This document shows, piece after piece, positions 1 to 11,689 of a stretch of DNA of 64,000 bases. Made by a program: the position numbers and the translations under genes. Position 1 is the stretch's first letter; each line of letters begins with the position of its first letter. The DNA is from Octopus sinensis. Lineage: Eukaryota. The notes under the pieces were generated by a model. That model ran no database searches and was not told where the DNA came from. It saw only the letters and a list, made by a program, of their open reading frames with translations. Location of the stretch: positions 14,272,464-14,336,463 of the forward strand of contig NC_043011.1 in the NCBI RefSeq assembly GCF_006345805.1, in the 5' to 3' direction.

Positions 1-105
1 TGATTGCATTGGTTCGTCTGACAAGTATACTGAGAAAATACAGACTTGATTACGAATTTGCTAAGACCAAGGTGAAAATAAATCATCTGATATGTATAGA
101 CAAAC
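1..105 (+). pseudogene. R4/Dong-like non-LTR retrotransposon RT fragment
   Basis: Manual translation LVRLTSILRKYRLDYEFAKTKVKINHLICID resembles the ...KINHLLFMDD RT motif region of R4-clade LINEs; runs off the window edge. Confidence 0.5.
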
Positions 106-416
106 CGTGGGTGGTGGGGTGTGTATGCGCGCGCCTGTGTGTGTGTGTGTGTGTAGAAGATCAATTTCCTCTGCTTTGCTGAGGACTCGAAACCGAATCC
201 ACACACCTGTTGCTTGTCAGGCGAATGTCTGATCCTTTGTGTTTGATCCCTATGTTGGGAGATTAATAAGAAACACCTAACCTCCGAAGACCTTCGGAGG
301 TCATGGAAAGGTCAATCTATTGTTTTAGGTTTGACTTACTTCCTGGTCGACCTTATATAACTGATTGAAAGGTTCGTTTCTCCCTCTTTAGTTATCAACA
401 AGCTGAGAGCGTCTCT

Positions 417-451
<35 letters not shown>

Positions 452-560
452 TCTCTCTCTCTCTTTCTCTCTCTCTCTTTCTCTCTCTCTCCCTCTCTCG
501 TAGGTTTTCAGTCGTCTAACTGAGGACATAGCATCAACCGGATGGAAAGGGACAACGCAA

Positions 561-984
561 GGATCTTTTCGGTTTGACCGGCAGTTTTTTAAAATAATTT
601 CCACGTAACTAAACACTTTTAAACTTAATATACTGGTAGAATGTGTTTATAAAACATCTATTTCTCTTGGCTTTATTGAGAAAATTCTATGGTTTGTAAG
701 ATATTTGTTATTGTTTTTTCTTCAATTTCTGCAATTTCAACCAATCAATGACGTCTATTGAGGTAAAAACATTCTGTGCCGTATGAATATGTCCCTCGTT
801 TAAGAAACAGATTGGGCTTATTTACATTTGTGAAGAAAAAAAGATACCCTTCCCCCAACCCCTAACTCTAACCCTAACCCTAAAACAGATTGAAATGCAA
901 TAGATCGATACTAGGGTCATAATTATGGGTGACAATTTCATATGACACCGCTAGAAAAAACTGCCGTTCAAACCGAAAAGATCC
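561..984. mobile_element. Non-autonomous DNA transposon (MITE), ~30-bp TIR starting GGATC, 8-bp TSD; copy 1
   Basis: TIRs GGATCTTTTCGGTTTGACCGGCAGTTTTTT / AAAAAACTGCCGTTCAAACCGAAAAGATCC; TSD CAACGCAA at 553-560 and 985-992; internal CCCTAA repeats ~860-883. Confidence 0.9.
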
Positions 985-1494
985 CAACGCAATTCTTACC
1001 CTTTCTTCCTCTCTGTCAGCAGACTGTAACTTGGCTTCCACACACAGCTTCCAACATACATTAAGAGTGAGCGTGTTGCGACACCCTATCATTGTCACTA
1101 CATTTACTATGTCTATAACCACTGCCGGCAAATAAATCTGTGAATATTATTCTTTTCTTTTTGACGTTGTTATTACGCTGTTTCATCCTATTCGAACATC
1201 TACATATAGCGACCCGACGAGGAACAAGAACTAGTATTTCTACATCAAGTAACTTTTCATTCGTATGTTACAATTGGTGACTCCGACGTGAGAATTCCAC
1301 ATCCATACATTTAGCGACCTCGACATAAGAAACATATCTTACTGTTACATCTAGCGATCCCTGCTGTACTCTTTCGCCACAACTTTCTCTCGCTCTTTCT
1401 TCTGTTGGTCGGCTCGCTTAGCCAGCGGGGTGGCGTTATTTGCGAAGCGCAGTGACCAGCGATGATAGCCTGGTCGGTCACGGTGATCACGGTG

Positions 1495-1655
<161 letters not shown>

Positions 1656-1899
1656 TTTAAACGTAGGACACCATAAAGGTATCCTACGCCAACTCTGCTA
1701 ATTTAGAGCAGCTTATGCATCGCATATGCAATAGCAAAATGCGGCAATGTTTCAATAACCCATCTACTGGATCAAGCGAACACATGCATCTAAATACCAA
1801 CCAAAGAGATGTAAACCGCAATGATAAACACCAATTACGGCCAAATCGCAGTAGTAGAAATACTTATGATACAGATAACACGGTAACAACGTGAGTAAA

Positions 1900-2450
1900 T
1901 GGAGTCGGGACTGCCTTATATACAAATAAATACGATAAATGCTCATGCAGAGAAAAATCAAAATGTCCTTTGGTAAATCACTGTATGAGTACAAATCTTG
2001 TATATAAATGTACCGTGCACACAAGGGGAGGGCCGTATGTTTACATTGGGCAGACGGCTGATTCATTTAAGAATCGTTGTCATAACCATGTCGCCAGCTT
2101 TAAGATACTCAATAAGATACATTCAACATCTTTGGCAGATTTTGTATGGCAACTGAAGGAGGATAAAATGAAGTACAGCATAACTTAAACCATAGTAAGG
2201 TATACGAAACCATGCAATATAATTTCCAAGAGATGCCGTCTCTGCTCCGAGTAATCCCTGTCTATTCTGTGGACTAACTAGAAGATTATTAATAGAATTT
2301 CTGAAAGCCTCTCGGGATGCCTACACGCATATAAATGTACTTTCGCACGATGCAGTGGGAATGATATGACTTACCCTGTTTCATTACCAATGGTATGCTA
2401 GTGGCGACCCCCTTAATTGTCAGCTAAATCTTGTTTTAAGTTTTCCTTTA
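1900..2450 (+). mobile_element. Penelope-like element remnant (GIY-YIG endonuclease C-terminus)
   Basis: CSCREKSKCPLVNHCMSTNLVYKCTVHTRGGPYVYIGQTADSFKNRCHNHVASFK...STSLADFVWQLK: Cys-rich linker plus VY..YIG motif typical of PLE GIY-YIG; stop codons downstream. Confidence 0.8.
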
Positions 2451-2992
2451 CCTAACCTCATGATATTGCTTCTAATAAATCTTGATTTTTATTACTATAC
2501 CAACTATGATTTCTGTCTGCTCCCTCAGCCCTACCCCTAACAGATACTGCTCTTTGTTCTCTCAGCCGTAGATATACAAGGATTTTATAAACTAGTCTAT
2601 AAATTAAAACTGACCCCATAAAAACAAAAAAATCAGTGACAGGCAGAGTGTGTAACAAAGTATATCTTCTTGATAACTTAGTAACTTCTATGCGGGAGTG
2701 AGACAGCATGTTCTTTGTCTATCTCCTTAACTTCTTGGAGATTTTAGCTATAATTATATTTATGTGTCCATCTGTTCTAATTTAATTAAATTCTATGTCT
2801 TTGTGCAGCCGAGGATTGCTCTGCATTTTAAATTGATGTAATGATTGCATTGTTCAATTAAATGGAATTGCATGAAACGCTCGTACTGCATTAACTCTGG
2901 ATATCCTTATTGCATATATATATATATACATATATATATGTGTGTGTGTGTGTGTGAGTGTGTGTGTGTGCGTGCGTGCGTATGTATGTATG

Positions 2993-3026
<34 letters not shown>

Positions 3027-3289
3027 TGTATGCATGCATGTATGTAGAAAGGCGCGTGGCTTAGTGGCTAGGGCATTCAGCTCACGATTGTAAGGTCGTG
3101 AGTTTGATTCCAGACGACGCGTTGTGTCCTTGAGCAAGACACTTTATTTCACGTTGCTCCAGTCCACTCAGCTGGCAAAAATGAGTAGTACCTGTATTTC
3201 AAAGGGCTGGCCTTGTCACACGTTGTGTCACGCTGAATCTCCCTAAGAACTACGTTAAGTGTACACGTGTCTGTGGATTTGTCAGTCAC

Positions 3290-3705
<416 letters not shown>

Positions 3706-3722
3706 ATATATATGTATGTATG

Positions 3723-3756
<34 letters not shown>

Positions 3757-3972
3757 TGTCACCAATGTATCATATATCCGAGAAAGAAGCATACTCTATT
3801 GCATAGAGCAATTATGTCCAGCCATAGAGTGACCAATGGTTTCGTATCCATAAAGAGCTTAGCTTCATGGACGTCCCGTCAGACTTTAAAGCCGAAGACA
3901 AATGTAACTCTTCACCTCTGGGAGGCAGGAATCCGTAGTAGCAGGAATCTGTTGCTGTTGCTGCTACTACTG

Positions 3973-4040
<68 letters not shown>

Positions 4041-4049
4041 TAGAAATTA

Positions 4050-4740
4050 AACCTGTTGGCTTTGGTTGACGGACGAGATCTTGAAACAAGAAATAGAAAC
4101 GTTAATTACTGCCGCTCAGGAGCAAGCCCTTAGAACTAACGCAAAGATCGACAAAACTCAGTCAGACAGCAAATGTATAATCTGCAGGAAAGGAAACGAG
4201 AGTATCGATCACATTTTCAGTGAGTGCTGTATAGAAGCACAAAAGGAGTACAAGTGCAGGCATGACTGTATAGGCAAAAGAGTGCAGTAGGTTGATAGTC
4301 GAGTATATGGCTTCAGAACAATAGAAAAGTGGTTTGAATACAAACTAGAGGCTGTGGTAGAAAATGAGAATTACAAGAGCTTGTGGGACTTCGCCATAAA
4401 GGCTGAACATACTATTCAGGAAAGAAGACCAGACATGAGTATAGAGGACAAAATAAACAAACAGTGCAAGATAAGAGATTTTGTAATTCCCTATAACAGC
4501 AGAGTCGATACCAAAGAAATAGAAAATATTGAGAAATACCAGGATCTAGCCAGAGAACTGAGGAGACCGTGGCAGACCAGGACAGTAATTATTCGTGTAG
4601 TAATAGGCACACTTGGCACAACACCCAAAATGCTGTCTTAAAGACAGAAAGAAATTGGCATTGAAACTCGCATTGCCGACATGCAGAAAATTACCGTCCT
4701 ATATTCTGCAAAAATCCGAAGAAAGATTCTTGAGATTTGA
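4050..4740 (+). pseudogene. R4/Dong-like LINE C-terminus (CCHC knuckle + restriction-like endonuclease)
   Basis: AAQEQALRT; CIICRKGNESIDHIFSEC; RHD; LWDF...RRPDMSIEDK...KYQDLAREL...VIGTLG; in-frame stops; preceded by (CTA)n at 3960-4037. Confidence 0.85.
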
Positions 4741-4809
4741 GGAAACTTGTTGTTACCAATCCTCAAGATGAAATACCTGGTAACTAAATTAATATGTACT
4801 AGCGTAATA

Positions 4810-5398
4810 CATGGGAGGCTGAGGGAACAACTTCAAGATTGCCTGAATGAAGGATAATACCAGATTGGATGACTAGGAGAGCAGTACTCCATACGAAAGA
4901 CAAAAGCAAAGGTAATACAGCTAGAATTATAGACCAAACACCTGCCTACCATTAGTGGGGAAGCTGTTAACAGGAATACTTTCAGAGAGCATTTATGAGC
5001 ACCTTGACAGCCAGAACTTATAGCCAGAAGAACAGAAAGGTTGCTGGAAGAAGGCGAGAAGAACGCATGATCTATTATACATAGACAGTTCTAAATGAAG
5101 TAAAATCTAGAAAGAAAAATCTAAAATATCATGGATAGATTATAACAAAGCCTATGACATGATCCCACATTCATGGATAAGTAAATGTTTGAGTGTATTC
5201 AGTATAGCAGAAAACATAAGAGAATTAATTAACAACAGCATGAAGAAATGGAAAGTAGATCTTTACTCATGTGACACAGTCTTTGGGAAAGTTGATATCA
5301 AGAGAAGAATTTCCCAATGCGACTCGTTATCCTCTTCAATCTTTGATACCCCTCAGTCTAATATTAAAGAAGGCAAAGACAGAGTATCACTTCAGAAA
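4810..5398 (+). pseudogene. R4/Dong-like LINE RT fragment, cut by mariner insertion
   Basis: NYRP..CLP..GKLLTGI, PEEQKGC, WIDYNKAYDMIPHSWISKCL, RRISQCDSLSS; frameshifted. Confidence 0.85.
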
Positions 5399-5625
5399 TA
5401 TTAAGTCATCCCATAAATAATGCGGGTTTTATTTAATATATTAAGTCATCCCATAAATAATGCGGTTTTTTTAATATTAAGTCATCCCATAAATAATGCG
5501 GGTTTTATTTAGTATTAAGTCATCCCATAAATAATGCGGGTTTTTTTTAATATTAAGTCATCCCACAAATAATGCGGTTTTTTAATACTTTTATTTTTCA
5601 AAATTAAGATAAACAAAGTTCTCTT

Positions 5626-6617
5626 TTAATCTATAATATACTCTCCTTCATTTTCTGCAATTCTCTTCCATCTATCTGGTGGGCTTGCAAGGCTCCTCTT
5701 CCAAAATTCACTTGTCCGTGACGAAAAATACTCCTTTAGTGCTGTTCTGAGCCCGTCTATAGAATTCATATTTTTTCCGACCGAATGATTTTGAAGACGG
5801 CGGAATAAATGATAATCAGATGGAGCAATGTCCGGCGAATATGGTTTGTGGGCCATCGTTTCCCATTCAAGCTGATCCAGCCTTTGGAATGTCATCTTCG
5901 CTGTATGTGGCCGAGTAGTATCCTGATGGAAGAACACCTTTCGTCTTGAAAACGAAGATGGTCGTTTTTCTTCTAGCGCTAACTTAGGCTGCTCCAACTG
6001 CGCACAGTAGAACTCCTTTGTTATCGTTTGGTTTGAGTTTTAAAGTTCAAAGCAGACTAAACCTTTCATATTTCACCAAATAGAAAACAATACCTTCTTT
6101 AGCCGGTGTTTCTCCTTTCCCTACACACTGTCTTTTATAAAGACCCATTTCTCGTTACCATTCAGGATTCGCTCCAAAAAAGGTTCATTCGTGAGACGTG
6201 ACAGCAAAGAAGGGCACACATTCACTCTCTGCGCACGATTAGACTCGAAAAGTTTGTGAGGAACCCATTGACCCAATTTGCTGACTTTTCCGATGGCACG
6301 CAGGTGTCGATGAATGGTTGAATGACCAAATCCAAGCTTCTCCGCTAGTTCCTCAACAGTTACGATAGGATTTTGTTCCACTAGGGTTTGCAGGACGTCC
6401 TCGTCGAGCTCTACAGATGTCCCAGGAGGAGGCTCATCTTCTAGGCTGTAGTTTCCGGCTCGGAATTTCTGGAATTACCATTGACGCTGGCTTACACTTA
6501 TTGTCCAATTTCCATATACTGCATTAACATTCCTCGCACTTTCCGTTGCGTTGTTGCCTTTATTGAACTCATAAAGCAAAATATGCCGAATATGCTCCTT
6601 TGTCACTTCCAGTATAG
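5626..6617 (-). pseudogene. Mariner DD34D transposase pseudogene
   Basis: EVTKEHIRHILLYEFNKGNNATESARN; WVPHKL; FLERILNGNEKW; FFHQDTTRPH; YSPDIAPSDYHLFRRLQN; frameshifts and stops. Confidence 0.92.
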
Positions 6618-6678
6618 CTTTGAAAAAGTAACTGTAAAAATCGAACTGCGTTCTTCAAAACCTGCACTAAGAATAAGG

Positions 6679-8393
6679 TGATTTTTTAATACCCACAAGG
6701 AGCGACATAGAGGGGACAATATAAGGACATGTGGGGACATATAACAAATGAAAAAAACAAAAGCGTATGTTACAATGAATGACAAAATTAAAATGGAAGA
6801 TGAAATGAAGTTTTCTCAGCCCCCGCCTCTGAGTTACTTCATTTTTACCTTTGTTCGTTTTTTTTTCTTTTTGTACTTGGTGCCTTCCAAGATGTCGAAA
6901 CCGTACTCCTTTAGTAAATGCGTGTAATCCATGTTCCATGGTAATTTTAGAATATCTAGTTCGACTTCCCACATTTTAAATCCTCCTTTGAATCCTATAA
7001 CCTTTTCCCTCTGCTCCTCGTCCAACAACAGGCAACAATGCCACCCTTGCACGTTGTTGAACTTGCGAGTGTCCACCACTCATATTTTTCCACTTTTTTA
7101 TTTCTTCACAGAGGCCCTTTTTAGTATTGTCATACATAATTGCAAAGTTACTTTTTTTCTTTTTTTTCGGGAGGTGGGGAGGTTGATCGACTTGTGTCTG
7201 TATTTGTTTTTGTGTTGGAGGGGCGGGTAGGTTCAGTGTCTGCAGGGAGCGGGTGGGAGGAAGAGGGTGTGAGGTGGGGTTCTTTATTTATTTGACCTGC
7301 TTTCGTACTTTTTCTTTTCCTTTTCTTCCCTGGTGTCACTCATTCGCCTTCTGTTCCGCTTTCTTCTTCTTCTTCTTCTTCTTCTTCTTCTGCTTCTGCT
7401 GGTGGTGGTGGTATTTTTTTCCTTTTCTCTTGCCGATTCTTCCTTTCCCTTCTTGTCTTTTAGAGGGTAGTTTGCTCTAATGTGGCCTTTCTGGCCACAC
7501 TTGTAGCATTTGGGAATCCTGCCCTCTACTCTAACTACCATTATTGTGTCGTCAAACGATATTGTTTCCGGCAACCCTTCTATTATTTCCTTCGGTCCTT
7601 GTATCACCAAGTTTAGGGATTGCTCTTTCCAGTTTCTTGTTTCCGTCTTAGTGGCCTAGAGAACCGCTATCTCTTCCTCGTTACCGATCAAGACAACGGC
7701 TGCTATCCAGGCCACGTCGATGTCTGGGGGCATTCCCTCTACACTGACCCTTATTGCACGTCTTCCACGATATATCGGCAACATCGCCACTTCATCGGTT
7801 TTTAATATTGTTGCTGCGTTCAAATTTGCAACGGTTGCATCCTTAAATCGAACTTCGATTGTTCCGAATTTACTCCCTCTTGTTAGGTACTTGATTTCCT
7901 TCCAGACTGGCCTTAGTGCTTTCTCCACTTGATTCGTCGTCTTCCTGCGGCTACTGAGTATATTTTGTATACTACCGTACATTCCATCCTATTTATTATT
8001 ACATCCATTGGCGCTGTCACTTCCACTTTAGTTCCTTCCCTTTTCATCATTTTTGAGTAGTCCTTCTACTCGTTCCATTCCATATTGCGTTCTGCTACCT
8101 TTGCCACCTCTGCGAAGCTTCTATCTTGCCTTGCTTTTTTTTTTATTCATGATGGTCCATGAAATGTCCGACTGCTCAGAATCGGACACCTCAGTAGAGC
8201 TGCTATCTGAAAATCTGATGTCTTCCATTTTTATACATGGCCAACCCTCCTCTATGAGGAGGGAAAGCACAGCCAGACTGCCATAAGGAAGCAAAACCCA
8301 AAGGGTTCAGCGAACACTACAGCAATTCAAACAACAGTACAACATTTAAAGAACAATACAAAAGCAATACGAACCAAACTCTTCAAAAATGTG
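6679..8393 (-). mobile_element. Non-autonomous L1/Tx1-type ORF1-only retroelement
   Basis: 12-bp TSD CTAAGAATAAGG at 6667-6678 and 8394-8405; disrupted ORF1 ~8235-7284 with RVSVEGMPPDI and zinc knuckle VEGRIPKCYKCGQKGHIRANY; no APE/RT motifs found. Confidence 0.7.
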
Positions 8394-8789
8394 CTAAGAA
8401 TAAGGACAAGGTAAAATTATTACCTGTTTTTATAGCAAGTTGATTCAGGTAGTTTATCCTGCCCCCTCTGACTTTTAATTCATGCAATTGAAAAAAGCCA
8501 TATTATTTATGGGATGACCCAGTATTAGTTTGCTTATGTGGAAATTATAATCTCTTCATGATTTCCATTTATATTATGTAGCTTTAAATAAATTTGATCA
8601 TAGACCAATATCAAGCTATATAATTTGTATTATGTTGCTCCCTATAAATTTGATCATAAAACTCCTGCTTTAAGAAACTCTGAAAATGTCATCATAAATG
8701 AAGAAATTTGCTAAAGATACAAGTTTTTCAAATTAATTCCTTACTCTCTGGAAATGAATTTAACTTCATCTTTTTCAAAGTGCGAGTAA

Positions 8790-8935
8790 AAAGTGTCCCT
8801 AAAGATCTGAACAGATGGATATAGGAAATAAGCATAAACCCCAGTTTAGTACAGCTCCAAAAAACAGTGTTATTGGGACAGCTGGGATACTTAGGAGAGT
8901 TCTTGACATCTAAAGTTACTTGTTGTAGCCCGATG
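8790..8935 (+). pseudogene. R4/Dong-like LINE extreme 3' fragment
   Basis: VPKDLNRWI*EISINPSLVQLQKTVLLG(T)AGILRRVLDI* (one frameshift), the typical R4 C-terminal LQK..LLGTA.ILR motif. Confidence 0.65.
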
Positions 8936-9009
8936 TTAGGAATTTTTTTTTCCAGCAGTCTAATCTGTTGTGCATATATGAATAATAATCTTGGTATAAA
9001 AGATGAGCT

Positions 9010-9463
9010 CCAGCAAATATTTTGCTCTATACCACAGATTTGCTTGTCAGTTGTTTGACCTTAACCAGTTGAGCATGTCCCTTAGTGGCTGACGATATGT
9101 GCATCTCTGATCACGGGCAGAAGTAGTGGGGGAGCATCATAGCCATGTTTTGAAAGGGATTCTTTGGGGTTTGAATAATTCACCTCTGGAAACATGGGTA
9201 TTTTGTTCAACATCCTTAAACAACCCTTATTCACGGACCTTTTGAGTGGGATGGACTACTCGACCAGAAGAAAATTCTAACTGGGCCCCATCTGCAAAGT
9301 TATGTGCTGTTTATCTTGATATGAGATCATCATGTCGCGCACACATGGTTGTGATGCATGTGCCTGGTGTACCCTTATCAGACGGATAGTCATGATGGGT
9401 ATACTGAGCTTCGTATATTTTTACCCCAGTGTCACTTTGATGTCATGCACTGCTCTCTCACTC

Positions 9464-9465
<2 letters not shown>
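9010..9465 (+). mobile_element. Interspersed repeat (family F) ending in (TAA)n
   Basis: Second partial copy at ~28925-29080 (CTCAATACCACAGATTTGCTTG...GAGCATGTC); (TAA)n tail 9463-9526. Confidence 0.65.
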
Positions 9466-9526
<61 letters not shown>

Positions 9527-11173
9527 TGGAAACACTACTACAAACAGTACATGGATTTACCAAAGAAATAGATATGAAATTTGGATTAGAAAAATGTGCC
9601 AAAGCAACCCTGAAAAGAGGAAAACTAGTTAAGAGTAGCAACATCACACTAGATAAAGCCAATGAAATAAGAGAATTAGACCAAAGCCAGACATACAAAT
9701 ATTTAGGAATCCATGAACTAGATATGATACAACACACACAAATAAAAGAGAAAATAAAGAATACTATAGACGAGCTAGATCAATAATAAAAACAGAGCTC
9801 AATACTAAAAACAAGATAATAGGTATTAACACTTTAGCCGTCCCTGTTATAAGTTACAGCTACAATATCCTTAACTGGACACTAAATGAATTAACCAAAA
9901 TAGACAGGAAAACAAGAAAAATAATGACAGAATCTAGGATGCACCATCCAAAATCTGACATAGAAAGGCTATATATACAACATATAGAAGGTGGTAGAGG
10001 CCTTATACAGCTAGAAAACTATTATAAAATAACCACCATAGGACTGAAAAAATACCTACTTCAGAAGCAAGGAAAACTAATACAAATAGACACAAAACAC
10101 GAGCAAAACAAAAAAACAGTTCTCAGTATTTAAGAAAGTTGACATATACAAACAAGAAATCATACTACCTAACAAAGAAGAAGAAGAAGAAGAAGAAGAA
10201 GAAGAAGAAGAAGAAGAAGAAGAAGAAGAAGAAGAAGAAGAAGAAACAAAACCTATAGAATAAATGAAATCCAAACTAAAACTAAAACAGCAAAGGACCA
10301 TGATAAAACGATGACAAGAAAAGCCCCTTCATGGCAAATACTGGGCTAAGCTAAATGCAAAAGAAATAGACAGAGAAAAATCCCAGCAATGGTTGAGAAG
10401 CTCAGGACTCAAAGCAGAAACAGAGGGATTTTTAATTACAGCACAAGACCAAAGCCTCCCCACCAGAAATTACTAAAAACATATAATGAAAAGAAACATA
10501 ACAAGTAACTGCATAATATGTGGAGATGGACAAGAAACAATAAATCATATTATCTCTGGCCGCCCAGTCCTAGCTAAGAAGGAATATATTCACAGACACG
10601 ACAGAGTTGGCACCTACATACACTGGAAGTTATGCCAACACTATGGAATAACAACAGAAAAAAGATGGTATAGGCACACGTCAGAAAAGGTCACAGAAAA
10701 CGAGAAAGCAACCATACTCTGGGATATGCCAATACACACAGTTAAATAAATTAAGGCCAAAAGGCCAGATATAGTTGTCAGAGATCATGAAGAAAAAAAT
10801 GTTTTCTAATTGATGTATCAATACCAGCAGATGACAATGTTTCTCTAAAAGAAATGGAGAAACTTTCAAAATACAAAGACCTGGAAATAGAGGTAAAGCG
10901 AATGTGGAGTCTAAAAACAGAAACAATTCCTATCATAGCGGGCGCATAAGGCATAATAAAAAAAATATTCAGACAAATACATAACAAAAACACCAGGACT
11001 AGCAAGTATATATAGCATACAGAAAATAGCTCTACTAGGCACTGCACACATCCTACGCAGAACACTTTCCATACAGTAACCATCAGAGTATCACAACAAA
11101 TCACAGCACATACCCAAGGCACACAGAGCTGCGCTCGGTAGTGAAGTGAAAGCACGTTATAAAAATAAAACTA

Positions 11174-11177
<4 letters not shown>
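9527..11177 (+). mobile_element. 5'-truncated Dong/R4-clade LINE flanked by (TAA)n on both sides
   Basis: DIDMKFGLEKCAK-like, YKYLGI, GGRGLIQLE, GLKAETEGFLITAQDQSLPTRNY, CIICGDGQETINHIISG, RHDRV, LWDMPIHT, RPDIVV, KYKDLEIEV, LLGTAHILRRTLS; (TAA)n at 9463-9526 and 11178-11250. Confidence 0.92.
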
Positions 11178-11251
<74 letters not shown>

Positions 11252-11689
11252 TACGAAAGAAACATCAACACATGTCCATAGAAGGTGTTCAGTTAAAAAA
11301 GTGAATGCTGAAAAAACGTTACCCCTAACAAAACCAACTAAAAGAGATAGAACGGCAGAGAGATAATCATAAATACCAAGAAATAGCTGATTTATGATTT
11401 ACACATGCTACTATGCAACAGCAACCAAAAAGCATACAAGAATAAACTCATACTGTAAATACCCAGCAATATGAACAAAACCCACATGTGCCATAGAAGG
11501 CCTATACCTGACAGAATAACACAACCTGTGCTGTACAAACAACACACAATACAAAAACTAATACAACAGAAGACTCAAACCAAACCCCATAACAAAACAT
11601 ATTGATACAATACAATACCACCCCACCAAAAAATGCAGCACACACCACCACACCAGCTCAAAGGTGCAATAAATGATGCAATAGAAAGT

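Larger units (their letters stand above)
5399..8524 (-). mobile_element. Mariner transposon (decayed) with nested 1.7-kb insertion
   Basis: TIR TATTAAGTCATCCCATAAATAATGCGG (5399-5580, five tandem copies) and reverse-complement TIR AAAAAAGCCATATTATTTATGGGATGACCCAGTA at ~8491-8524. Confidence 0.85.

Noticed and set aside
280-301. Hairpin ACCTCCGAAG-AC-CTTCGGAGGT as a terminator; also palindrome AAATTTGCCCTT-A-AAGGGCAAATTT at 48463-48487
   Set aside because: Real inverted repeats, but short, isolated and without functional context in eukaryotic repeat DNA
3047-3120. tRNA genes (also at 25181, 34914, 35504 and SINE B heads)
   Set aside because: Only A/B-box tRNA-like SINE heads that continue into SINE bodies; no complete cloverleaf
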